Virus genome (UHGV): UHGV-0134280 | Direction: 5' to 3' (one strand) | DNA length: 39,537 nucleotides | From: a virus | In this document: positions 1-8,667 of the stretch, one piece after another | How the letters are laid out: each line of letters opens with the position of its first letter | Position numbering within the stretch: the first letter of the stretch is position 1 | Translations under genes and position numbers: made by a program | The notes under the pieces: model-generated | The model's database searches: none | What the model saw: only the letters and a program-made list of their open reading frames with translations | Told to the model about the DNA's origin: nothing

Positions 1-554
1 TTAATGTAAGTACCGTCCACGGCGTGGGACATACTTCAAGGAACCTTTTGTGAGTCAGGCAACCAGTATGCGAAAACGACACCGATTTAACAGTCGCATG
101 ACCCGTATCGTACTGCTCATCAGCTTTATCTTCTTCTTTGGCCGTTTTATCTACTCGTCCGTCGGTGCATGGCAGCACCATCAGAGCAAAAAAGAAGCTC
201 AGCAATCCACACTCTCCGTCGAATCACCGGTACAACGTTAGCGGTTACCTTCTCCACTTTTACAGAACATAACGGCACCTCGCTGTCGGATGCTTTTGCT
301 CTTTGGGATTATCAAAGCGGCAGATATTCTTTCATCTTAAATTTTACGTCTTTGTCCTGACTGATGTTTATCCTGTTTGGCTGCGAAATAAATATAAAAT
401 TAATACATATGTTTTAATGATGTATTTTTATAAATTATTTTCCACATGAATTTTAATAAATTTAATCTATTCCTTTATACGCAATACATTTACTTTCCTC
501 TTTTGATGATCTTAAATGTCTTATTTTTCGTAATGTGTATAACAAGGAATAGTG

Positions 555-1070
555 ATGAAATTTAAAAAATGTCTTCTGCCTGTGGCAATGTTAGCGTCAT
601 TCACTCTGGCAGGATGCCAGTCAAATGCTGATGATCATGCCGCCGATGTTTATCAAACCGATCAACTGAATACCAAACAAGAAACTAAAACCGTTAATAT
701 TATTTCCATTCTTCCCGCAAAAGTTGCCGTAGACAACTCCCAAAATAAACGAAACGCACAAGCCTTCGGCGCGCTTATTGGTGCAGTCGCTGGCGGTGTT
801 ATTGGCCACAACGTCGGGTCTGGCAGCAATTCCGGAACGACGGCAGGTGCAGTTGGCGGCGGAGCTGTTGGCGCGGCAGCGGGTTCTATGGTGAATGATA
901 AAACCTTAGTGGAAGGTGTTTCTTTAACATATAAGGAAGGCACCAAAGTGTATACCTCCACCCAGGTGGGTAAAGAGTGCCAGTTTACGACAGGTTTAGC
1001 CGTTGTTATTACCACGACGTATAACGAAACGCGTATTCAGCCAAATACCAAATGTCCTGAAAAGAGCTAA
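555..1070 (+). CDS. Outer-membrane lipoprotein with glycine-zipper segment (YcfJ / 17-kDa surface antigen-like)
   Basis: Lipobox LAGC after signal peptide; Gly/Ala-rich stretch GALIGAVAGGVIGHNVGSG; AAGGAA RBS before ATG at 555 (track ORF starts at GTG 552). Confidence 0.6.
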   Translation: MKFKKCLLPVAMLASFTLAGCQSNADDHAADVYQTDQLNTKQETKTVNIISILPAKVAVDNSQNKRNAQAFGALIGAVAGGVIGHNVGSGSNSGTTAGAVGGGAVGAAAGSMVNDKTLVEGVSLTYKEGTKVYTSTQVGKECQFTTGLAVVITTTYNETRIQPNTKCPEKS

Positions 1071-1085
1071 TGATCAGGAGGAGTC

Positions 1086-1625
1086 ATGAAGAAAGTTTTT
1101 CTTTGCGCCATCTTAGCCTCCTTAAGCTATCCGGCTATCGCCTCATCATTGCAGGATCAACTCTCTGCTGTCGCAGAAGCGGAACAGCAAGGTAAAAATG
1201 AAGAGCAAAGGCAGCATGACGAATGGGTCGCGGAGCGCAACAGGGAAATCCAGCAAGAGAAGCAACGTCGCGCAAACGCCCAGGCCGCGGCTAATAAAAG
1301 AGCGGCAACGGCAGCAGCGAATAAGAAAGCTCGTCAGGATAAACTGGACGCCGAAGCCACTGCGGACAAAAAACGCGATCAAAGTTATGAAGATGAGCTA
1401 CGTAGCTTAGAGATTCAGAAACAAAAACTGGCGCTGGCGAAAGAAGAAGCCCGCGTCAAGCGCGAAAACGAATTTATCGATCAGGAACTGAAGCACAAAG
1501 CTGCGCAAACCGATGTGGTGCAATCTGAAGCTGACGCAAACAGAAATATGACTGAAGGCGGTCGCGATCTGATGAAAAGCGTGGGCAAAGCAGAAGAGAA
1601 CAAATCGGACAGCTGGTTTAATTAA
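1086..1625 (+). CDS. Secreted coiled-coil protein rich in K/E/A/Q, function unknown
   Basis: N-terminal signal peptide (MKKVFLCAILASLSYPAIASS); charged low-complexity body; GGAGG RBS; 15 bp after the preceding gene. Confidence 0.5.
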   Translation: MKKVFLCAILASLSYPAIASSLQDQLSAVAEAEQQGKNEEQRQHDEWVAERNREIQQEKQRRANAQAAANKRAATAAANKKARQDKLDAEATADKKRDQSYEDELRSLEIQKQKLALAKEEARVKRENEFIDQELKHKAAQTDVVQSEADANRNMTEGGRDLMKSVGKAEENKSDSWFN

Positions 1626-1662
1626 TCGATGTAAGTAACTTCAAGCCTATAATTCTTGAAGA

Positions 1663-1696
1663 TAAAAAACCCTCTGTAGTAACAGAGGGTTTTGTT
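1663..1696. terminator. Bidirectional rho-independent terminator
   Basis: A-run, 8-bp GC-rich stem ccctctgt/acagaggg, then T-run; sits between the convergent 1086..1625 (+) and Rz (-) genes. Confidence 0.6.
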
Positions 1697-1844
1697 CATT
1701 CATAGTGCAGGGATCAAAATCATTCCCACTCAATTATTCACGGACACCATAACCAATTGAGTGATAACATTTTTCCAAAGATGAATTTTTCCCATACCGT
1801 TTTATATACCGTCACCGGAAATCAGTACCATGAAAAATGCCATG

Positions 1845-2327
1845 CTATCTGGTCAGGGTGTCGTACTGTTTTTCGCAGACTCTTCCGGCTTCGGCTGCCC
1901 GGTCAGCATACTCTGCCAGTTGTCTGTTTCTCTCGAGAGATTTGCTGAGCACGTCGGCAAGCAAAACTCCGGTGTCTGCGGCTGACGACCCAGCGCCGAC
2001 AATGGCGTTATAGTGCCTGAGCTGCTCACGGATGGCAACGAGCTGTTGCTGCAACCGGCCAGCGCGAGCGGCAGCATCAAGAGCATCATTGCGCGCCTGG
2101 TCGATCCTCTGCTGCGATTCACGTTCATTGATCGCTTTCTCCTGTTCGTAGTGCTGACGAACTCTCTCATCTTCAGTTTTGCGGTCTTCTTTCGCCTGAG
2201 CATACCCGGCGTCGTACTGACGACTGCCGTGCACATTCCAGGCAACAACTCCTGATGTGGCAAGAACAGCAAGCATCGCCACGATAATCAACTGTTTCCA
2301 GTATGCTTTTACGAATGCCCAGATCAT
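1845..2327 (-). CDS. Rz-like i-spanin
   Basis: N-terminal TM helix then coiled-coil periplasmic domain; directly downstream of the endolysin with overlapping stop/start; contains an embedded lipoprotein ORF. Confidence 0.7.
   Translation of the reverse strand: MIWAFVKAYWKQLIIVAMLAVLATSGVVAWNVHGSRQYDAGYAQAKEDRKTEDERVRQHYEQEKAINERESQQRIDQARNDALDAAARAGRLQQQLVAIREQLRHYNAIVGAGSSAADTGVLLADVLSKSLERNRQLAEYADRAAEAGRVCEKQYDTLTR
1853..2089 (-). CDS. Rz1-like o-spanin lipoprotein embedded in the +1 frame of Rz
   Basis: Internal start [17 protein letters not shown] gives a lipobox; Pro/Ser/Thr-rich short product entirely inside Rz; start assigned by eye. Confidence 0.6.
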   Translation of the reverse strand: MMLLMLPLALAGCSNSSLPSVSSSGTITPLSALGRQPQTPEFCLPTCSANLSRETDNWQSMLTGQPKPEESAKNSTTP

Positions 2328-2953
2328 ACAGCCAGCACCTTACTGGCAATGATGTATCGGGCGCGGCGGTCATCAATGCCGTTCCGGCCACCATTGATAA
2401 TCAGAGTTACACGTGCAATATCGCCGGTATACTTCATGCAGCCTTTGCTGGAGAAGAACCAGGCCGCGCTACGGGCCGCGTATTCGTCCTGTGCCAGCAG
2501 TTCAGGATTCTCCAGCAGGTCAACTTTCAGACCGTTTCCGCAGTCACGATAGTTATTCAAGCCGGTAATCTGGATAAGTCCGCGCCCACGGTAGTTCCAG
2601 CCATCACCAGGGGCATTGTTCCCCATGCGTTTGCTGTACACCAGATTGGCGATAGCGCGCTGTCGCTCAAGTGGTAATGCTGCTTCACCAGCACGGCGAC
2701 CCAGTGCATTAGCCTGCCCCTGGGTGAGACGCCCAGTCCGAACGAAGTTAGCCAGTCCGGTGACACTGTAGTTGAAATTTTCCTGCAACCGGGTGAAGCC
2801 CCCAGACTCATGCCCGACCTGAGCAATAAACATTGCCTGATCTTCGGGTTTGCTGATTCCAAACTCTTTCATCGCAGAAGTTATATGCAAGAACCAGCGT
2901 TCGGCCAGCGCCTCGCTAATACCAGCAGCACGCTGGAATTGTTTAATCTCCAT
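2324..2953 (-). CDS. Endolysin, glycoside hydrolase family 19 (chitinase-like lysozyme)
   Basis: Motifs [12 protein letters not shown] and [13 protein letters not shown] typical of GH19; start trimmed to MEIKQF with RBS; track ORF extends upstream to 3118 into the holin. Confidence 0.8.
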   Translation of the reverse strand: MEIKQFQRAAGISEALAERWFLHITSAMKEFGISKPEDQAMFIAQVGHESGGFTRLQENFNYSVTGLANFVRTGRLTQGQANALGRRAGEAALPLERQRAIANLVYSKRMGNNAPGDGWNYRGRGLIQITGLNNYRDCGNGLKVDLLENPELLAQDEYAARSAAWFFSSKGCMKYTGDIARVTLIINGGRNGIDDRRARYIIASKVLAV

Positions 2954-3251
2954 GTTTAGACCTCGTTGTTTTGAAAATTTGAACGACGTTACCGCGAGTT
3001 TTAAGAACCGCAGCAAGCATGACAGCGTTAATAATGACCTCAGATAAATCCACAGCCATTGGCGTACGTAACCAGATTGCATAGGCGACTCGAACAGGAA
3101 TACTGGCCGCAGCAACAATCAGGAAATAAGCAAGCCATCCTCCCCACCTTCGGTGTTGAGAGCCGTTACGCCGGAATGTGACAACGCGAATTGCTATGCC
3201 AGTGCAAATAACTGCATTGGTGATAAGCAAAAAAAACTCATGCGTTACCAT
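2943..3251 (-). CDS. Putative holin
   Basis: 102 aa, hydrophobic helices, basic C-terminus, immediately upstream of and overlapping the endolysin start. Confidence 0.5.
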   Translation of the reverse strand: MVTHEFFLLITNAVICTGIAIRVVTFRRNGSQHRRWGGWLAYFLIVAAASIPVRVAYAIWLRTPMAVDLSEVIINAVMLAAVLKTRGNVVQIFKTTRSKHGD

Positions 3252-3642
3252 CGTCTTTTCTCCCCGGAATTAACTCGCGTGGATTATCGGAACGGTGATA
3301 GAGCCATATACCAATACGCACAGCGACAATTGCTGACACGAATGCGCCTGCAGAGAAAACAATCCCTTTTTCAAAAGAGTCCTGCGTGATGGTAGGGATC
3401 AGGCTAGCTATGCCGATAAGAATTGATGCTGCTGGTTTGTAAAAGAGAAGGCCGCAAAGAAAGCTGAGCATCGACAGGAGCACCCGGCGACGGATGGGGT
3501 ACTCTACTGCAGAGGTAACAAAAATTACCGCCCCAGCCAAAGCCCCTAAAGCAACCTCCGGAGGGACACCTGCAATAACCGCAGCAAGAGAACCAAAACT
3601 AAGCAACTGATTTAATTGCTCACTTGTTACTTGAGCAGACAT
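3238..3642 (-). CDS. Second holin-like small membrane protein (holin or antiholin)
   Basis: 134 aa, several predicted TM helices, charged C-terminus, overlaps the next holin gene; first gene of the lysis cassette. Confidence 0.45.
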   Translation of the reverse strand: MSAQVTSEQLNQLLSFGSLAAVIAGVPPEVALGALAGAVIFVTSAVEYPIRRRVLLSMLSFLCGLLFYKPAASILIGIASLIPTITQDSFEKGIVFSAGAFVSAIVAVRIGIWLYHRSDNPRELIPGRKDDGNA

Positions 3643-3923
3643 ACTTTCTCCTGTTTACTATCTATAAGCCAGTCAATTATTGATGACTAAACCCGCATAG
3701 TAAACCATATATGAATCATTATTGTTCCATATCATATATCTCAATAAAAGTACTAATGATTTTACAGAACGAGCCAGCAGAGTGGGGGCAGTTGTACAGG
3801 AACCATAGACTTAATTTTGTATTTAATAATGCTATGGTGTAATAAACCTGAACATGTATTTAAAATACGTACTGATTCATGATAGAATTCAAAGATAACT
3901 TTTCACCAACTCCGTTTTTGATA

Positions 3924-3950
3924 CCCGCAAAATATTGCGGGCTTTTTTTT
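3924..3950. terminator. Hairpin cccgcaa/ttgcggg with 8-T run at the 3' end of the tailspike gene
   Basis: Stem-loop 3924-3941; the T-run is on the plus strand and overlaps the tailspike stop codon, so the transcript it terminates is unclear. Confidence 0.4.
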
Positions 3951-6900
3951 AACGTTCTTCCAGAGACTGAATCCGCTCTTTTATCTTATCCATTTCTCTG
4001 CGCTGCCATGCTGCCTCGATATAGAATAAGAGATCAGGTCTGACCCCCCATCTAGATCCTGCTGGCGTTATTTCAACGCGCTCAATGATGTCTTCCATTA
4101 CCATCACTGGATTATCATCCTCATCAACAATGATGCTCCCGTCATTATCAGTCAGCGGAATTTCCCTTTGGCCAGTAATGACGTCATCATATACTGCGGG
4201 ATAATCGTCATAGCAAAGAAAGGCATAGCGGCATGTTGTGCTTTCTTCTTCCATGAGTCCGTGAGAAATAAGAACATCACGAAGTTGCTGCGCGATTACA
4301 CCATGATGTATCCTCGCCCCTTCTTCTCCCTTTATAGCGACAGCGTTCAGCCATTTATAAGCGATATACCTGACGTCACCCCAGGCATCCAGCAATGCTT
4401 CGTCAGGAGAGACCGGCTCTGTCTTTAATGTTCCGTCACTGGTAACCACAGGATTGGAGCCAAGATAAACTGTCGAGAACCTGTTTCCCGGACCACCAAG
4501 AGCATTTACATTATCAAGATAAGGTTTAACATCTCCGTTCTCAAAAAGATGTTCGAGTGCGTTATATACCGCGCGACGTGGAGTACTGCTTCCGGAACCA
4601 TGCAACGTTATCATTGCACCATCTGCTGAAGACGTTGTTTCACCGCCGCTAACGATTAATCTCTGAGCGGTAACATCATCAGACGGTACTTTCTTCGCAA
4701 TAATGGCGTAATTGCCCTCCAGTTTGACTTCCGCGCGAACTTGTCCTGATGTACCTGCATGGACAGTCAGTGACTGGACGGCAACATCATCTGTGAAATC
4801 AACGGGTACAGGAACCGTCCTCACGCCGGACGTCGACATAAAAGTAGGAAGCGTTCTGTTAGGAGTGGCTCCGTAGACAAAATCCCTTGAAACAAATTCT
4901 TCCTGTTTAATTTTCACCCTGAAACAATACAAATCAGCCGGGTGACCATCGTGAACATAAGGATATTTTCTGTTGTTATCCCCTATGCTCCATGGGTTTA
5001 GAAAGTCTTCCCCACCGAAAATGTAGTACAGCCAGTTGTCTTTGATACAAACTGAACCAACACCAACCGCAGAGTTAACTATTCCGCCCTGATAAATCTG
5101 ATCAGTAACATTAACCCACTCTACATTATCCAGACTCCACTCATTGACGTTAACTCTGGTCATAAATGTTCTTGGATAATTTCCTGCATAACGATTATCA
5201 GGTTCCCCTCCTTCCCACTCACCAAATGCGCGCTCACTGCCAAAAATAACCAGCTCATCGCCAACTTTGGCAAAAGGAAGGTTTGAGTGATGAACATTAT
5301 TTGGGAAGCGAAGAGAATTCCATGATGCACCTAAATCAGAGCTTCTGTGCAATGAACTACCAGGTTGAGTACTTAATGTCCCCCTGGTCGTCAGATACAG
5401 AATGCCATCATAATATTTTACACATGGCTCAGATGCATTCGCCTCATATTCTGCAGGTATGCGTCTGCGAACAAAGCTACCAGGAGAACCGAAAGCATCA
5501 GAGAAATAGAGTATCCCAAGCTCGCGTGGACCAATATCACCATTATGGTAGCCAACAGCAAAACTGTTATCGCTAATCGTCGCAAAACTGTGAATCTCAG
5601 TAACAGGAGTGCTTCCGTCAACAAAAGAAGGAATAGTTCCAAGACTGGTTTTTCTCCATGGTGACGAGTGAAATGATGTACCAAAACTCCAGTATCTACC
5701 CTCGTTATTCTGATCCACATCCTGAGTATTTTGCGTCGTAACTGTAAAAGTATTTTTATCAATAACAGTAGTCACCGTCATATTCCCGGTAACACCTGTA
5801 ACACCAGAGTTTGAGAAGTTGACAAAATCACCAGCAAATAATCCGTGATCAGTAATGCGAATATAAGCGACTTGCTGATTTGCTGCTTTCGTTATACCAC
5901 CATAAACGCGAAGGCTGCGACTCATTGGACGATCCCACAACTCTGCAACCTGCAGTTTATTTCCGCTCACGGTCCGCGTCTCAATTACAGCAAAAAGGCG
6001 ATTTCTGACAACCCCCATACTCATGCAGTGATAGTTAACTGTGGGATAGTTTTCATGTAAATCTGTAAGCCATTCCGGCGTTGTCCAGGTCTTCCCGTCA
6101 TCTCCTGAGCGAACCCATGCAACATGGAGGTTATTTACACCATGGCGGTCTCCAGCCATAAAAGGCGCATAGATGACATTGTCATATACAAACGTTTTAT
6201 CCTGCGTCCAGGCGTTGTACCACGGTGTATCTGTAATTTTAAATAACTCTCCCTGGATAAAATCTTCAGAAGCATAAAAAAGAGGCTGACCCGGTATTCT
6301 CTCAAATAAAAAACGAGCATTTTTAAATCGGCTGACATCCGGAAGAGTTGATACTTTAAAAGTAAGCCCTAATCCGTCAATTTTATAACCTGGAGATGAG
6401 GCTTCAAGGCACGCGCTTATTGCAGTGGAATCGTCATTTATACCATCACCAACAGCTCCAAAATCTTTGGGGCTAATAGCATCACGCATTTTATCCTGGA
6501 ACGTTCGGTATACTGCCCCAGAACCATACTGAATAAACCAACCAAAACCACCAACAACCCCGGCGATTGCAGCATCGACATAATTACGCATTGAGCGATT
6601 ATTTACAGCGTCCTGTTCAAGTGATGGATCTGCAAGGTTAGAAATTCTGTTTTGCTTTGCATCGTAATATTTTGCAAGCAAAGATGGTTTCATCAATGCA
6701 CGTCTGAACCATCCAAAACATTGCTGGATCAGCATCGTCAGGTAGTCAAAGGCATCTTCATGCACTTCGGGGAAAAACTTTCCCTGATTGCGAAGGTCTG
6801 TCTCCTGCACTACATCAAGCACACGATCTATCGTAATTCGCCAGCCAGCAGCAAGCGGCGACGGAAGAACAACAGAACCGCCACTATAAGTGCCCGCCCC

Positions 6901-7068
6901 AGTTACCGTATAACCGGTATCCAGAACCAATTCTGTTACGTTCCCGTTCAGGTCAGACACCTGAACAACCAGGTCGGATTTTTTGAAAATACGGAAGGTA
7001 TACGGAAATGATGTCGTAGCGCCGTTACCGGTGTATTCGTTGTGGTCAACTTCGGTTGAGACCGTCAT
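3949..7068 (-). CDS. Tailspike/tail fibre: T7 gp17-like N-terminal anchor, sialidase-type beta-propeller with Asp-boxes, C-terminal intramolecular chaperone (peptidase S74-like)
   Basis: N-terminal pattern resembles the T7 fibre anchor; Asp-boxes SGDDGKTW and SSDLGASW; C-terminal about 160 aa carries SDGTLK...YKW...GVIAQQL typical of auto-cleaving chaperone domains. Confidence 0.75.
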   Translation of the reverse strand: MTVSTEVDHNEYTGNGATTSFPYTFRIFKKSDLVVQVSDLNGNVTELVLDTGYTVTGAGTYSGGSVVLPSPLAAGWRITIDRVLDVVQETDLRNQGKFFPEVHEDAFDYLTMLIQQCFGWFRRALMKPSLLAKYYDAKQNRISNLADPSLEQDAVNNRSMRNYVDAAIAGVVGGFGWFIQYGSGAVYRTFQDKMRDAISPKDFGAVGDGINDDSTAISACLEASSPGYKIDGLGLTFKVSTLPDVSRFKNARFLFERIPGQPLFYASEDFIQGELFKITDTPWYNAWTQDKTFVYDNVIYAPFMAGDRHGVNNLHVAWVRSGDDGKTWTTPEWLTDLHENYPTVNYHCMSMGVVRNRLFAVIETRTVSGNKLQVAELWDRPMSRSLRVYGGITKAANQQVAYIRITDHGLFAGDFVNFSNSGVTGVTGNMTVTTVIDKNTFTVTTQNTQDVDQNNEGRYWSFGTSFHSSPWRKTSLGTIPSFVDGSTPVTEIHSFATISDNSFAVGYHNGDIGPRELGILYFSDAFGSPGSFVRRRIPAEYEANASEPCVKYYDGILYLTTRGTLSTQPGSSLHRSSDLGASWNSLRFPNNVHHSNLPFAKVGDELVIFGSERAFGEWEGGEPDNRYAGNYPRTFMTRVNVNEWSLDNVEWVNVTDQIYQGGIVNSAVGVGSVCIKDNWLYYIFGGEDFLNPWSIGDNNRKYPYVHDGHPADLYCFRVKIKQEEFVSRDFVYGATPNRTLPTFMSTSGVRTVPVPVDFTDDVAVQSLTVHAGTSGQVRAEVKLEGNYAIIAKKVPSDDVTAQRLIVSGGETTSSADGAMITLHGSGSSTPRRAVYNALEHLFENGDVKPYLDNVNALGGPGNRFSTVYLGSNPVVTSDGTLKTEPVSPDEALLDAWGDVRYIAYKWLNAVAIKGEEGARIHHGVIAQQLRDVLISHGLMEEESTTCRYAFLCYDDYPAVYDDVITGQREIPLTDNDGSIIVDEDDNPVMVMEDIIERVEITPAGSRWGVRPDLLFYIEAAWQRREMDKIKERIQSLEER

Positions 7069-7171
7069 GTTAAATCTCCAGATAGTCGCAGCACCCGTTG
7101 CGCCGCATATCTGGTTATTCTATTACCTGAAAAACCACATATGGATAGAAAGACTGTGAATACGAATAGAT

Positions 7172-7188
7172 ATTACCTTTCAGGTAAT
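7172..7188. promoter_or_regulatory. 17-bp palindrome ATTACC-TTTCA-GGTAAT (site A, perfect)
   Basis: Read directly; in the divergent region between tailspike and the KilAC gene; an extra half-site ATTACCT lies at 7122-7128. Confidence 0.6.
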
Positions 7189-7224
7189 TTGCAAAACGTG
7201 CTGGATAGCAAACAAATTATTTGC

Positions 7225-7244
7225 TACTGTATAAATATACAGTT
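7225..7244. promoter_or_regulatory. LexA (SOS) box TACTGTATAAATATACAGTT
   Basis: CTGT-N8-ACAG with AT-rich spacer matches the enterobacterial SOS box; about 20 bp upstream of the ATG at 7264. Confidence 0.6.
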
Positions 7245-7263
7245 ATTGCATGGAGAAGATAAG

Positions 7264-7521
7264 ATGCAGCAGTATCACTATCCACTGGAAGACGGATTTA
7301 CCGAAAGGATTCACACGCCGGGAGGCGTCAGGTCACTGGTGGAGGGATCGCACTTGATGAAATTACTCCGGGATCTCAATAAGGATGGATTTAATGTCGA
7401 TGGCCCACTTGCCGAACTGACTGCACTGATTAACTACGTCACCAGCTCACAGATGTCTATGCAGGATCTGCAAACACATCTCGACTATTGTGCCGAACAA
7501 TTACGAAAACAAACCAGGTAA
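7264..7521 (+). CDS. Small KilAC/ANT C-terminal-domain protein (candidate SOS-controlled antirepressor)
   Basis: 86 aa from MQQYHY with GGAGAAG RBS; paralogous to the C-terminal domain of the Bro-N protein at 8668..9360. Confidence 0.55.
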   Translation: MQQYHYPLEDGFTERIHTPGGVRSLVEGSHLMKLLRDLNKDGFNVDGPLAELTALINYVTSSQMSMQDLQTHLDYCAEQLRKQTR

Positions 7522-7527
7522 ATTTAA

Positions 7528-7552
7528 AGGCCGCAAGAGCGGCCTATCGTTT
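7528..7552. terminator. Hairpin ggccgc-aaga-gcggcc between convergent genes
   Basis: 6-bp GC stem right after the stop at 7521, overlapping the stop of the minus gene; weak T-tract. Confidence 0.4.
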
Positions 7553-8272
7553 CGCTTTGTGCTCGTCCCAGCACGTTTTGCACCATGCCATTAAGCCGTC
7601 CGCATTTTGATTATTAGGGTAAAAGCTGGTTCGTTTTCTGCGGACATTACAAATTGGGCACCACTTCATATGACGTGTATTCTTTGGGCCATCGAGACAC
7701 CTTGCACACCACTTAGTCAATCCATCCGGATTTTTTGACGATTTCCTGAATTTTTCATATGGAAGGTTTATTCTGCATCGCAAGCACTGCTTGCTACCGC
7801 TTGAAACTCTGTTAGCTGATTCTTCTTTTGGCGGCGATACAGAAGATATTCTTGCTGGCTCTGATACTGCCTGAGGTGCTTTTTTAAATGACTGAGACGA
7901 TATGTCATCACCAGGGAATCTTCCATGATATGCCGGACGCGTTGACACTCCAGGTGGAAGCTCAGCTGTAAACGGCTTTGGCTGAATCAGTTGCCTCTCT
8001 TTTGCTAACTCCTGCTGTTTATAATATGTCTGGATTACCGCACTATCATAAGCATGAGGTACGGAAATATCAGGAGCGTTACCTCCAGTTTTTTGAAACT
8101 GAGTAGATGTGTGCTCTATCACCTGTGTACGATTAATCGTTATCTCCCCATCTTCGGTCTTTATCGTTTTGTTCTGATTAACGACCGTACGATCAGAGAT
8201 CTTAGTCTTGTTCTGGTTGATAACGTAAATAATCACCGCAACCACACCAACAACTATCCAGAAAACTTCCAT
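7544..8272 (-). CDS. N-terminally membrane-anchored protein with two C-terminal zinc-ribbon repeats, function unknown
   Basis: TM helix at residues 4-20; duplicated C-x2-C...DGL..WC..C modules in a basic C-terminal domain; GAGGAAAA RBS. Confidence 0.5.
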   Translation of the reverse strand: MEVFWIVVGVVAVIIYVINQNKTKISDRTVVNQNKTIKTEDGEITINRTQVIEHTSTQFQKTGGNAPDISVPHAYDSAVIQTYYKQQELAKERQLIQPKPFTAELPPGVSTRPAYHGRFPGDDISSQSFKKAPQAVSEPARISSVSPPKEESANRVSSGSKQCLRCRINLPYEKFRKSSKNPDGLTKWCARCLDGPKNTRHMKWCPICNVRRKRTSFYPNNQNADGLMAWCKTCWDEHKAKR

Positions 8273-8291
8273 TGCTTTTCCTCACAATAAC

Positions 8292-8308
8292 ATTACCTTA
8301 AAGGTAAT
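8292..8308. promoter_or_regulatory. 17-bp palindrome ATTACC-TTAAA-GGTAAT (site B, perfect)
   Basis: Read directly; immediately upstream of the RBS of the 7544..8272 gene. Confidence 0.6.
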
Positions 8309-8384
8309 ATCTTGCTTTCAGGTGATCAAGCGTTAAACGCAATCAACCAAATACGGTTGATTTTAATGTTTTTTCGCGCTTATC

Positions 8385-8401
8385 ATTACCTTTTCGGTAA
8401 A
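8385..8401. promoter_or_regulatory. 17-bp palindrome ATTACC-TTTTC-GGTAAa (site C)
   Basis: Read directly; one mismatch in the right half; inside the structured 8273-8667 intergenic region. Confidence 0.5.
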
Positions 8402-8667
8402 TTTACATCGCACTCCTCTTGTGCCATAGTAATCGGGCACTGGCAAAATCCAGTGCCGGGATTGGTCTCCCGGATTACTACAGAGGCACATATGCCGCAT
8501 AAGCGGTTTTTTTATGTGTAAAGCGCACCTATTCTATGGTGGGCTGTGTGGGGGCACCGAAAGGTGCGCCGGGTTCCTTTGTAGCCGGTAAGACCAACTC
8601 TGCACAGTTCACCACCATCTGATTGGTCTCAGCGGTGGTGATTAACCTAACTACAAAGGTGATCGCC

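Noticed and set aside
50-360. Two overlapping 63-aa ORFs at the left edge (50..241 and 169..360)
   Set aside because: No RBS or recognisable motifs, and they overlap each other in different frames; not enough to call a gene, though a small membrane protein at 50..241 cannot be excluded.
8312-8521. 69-aa ORF inside the divergent intergenic region
   Set aside because: Runs through several stem-loops and an operator-like palindrome and has no RBS; the region is more plausibly non-coding regulatory sequence.
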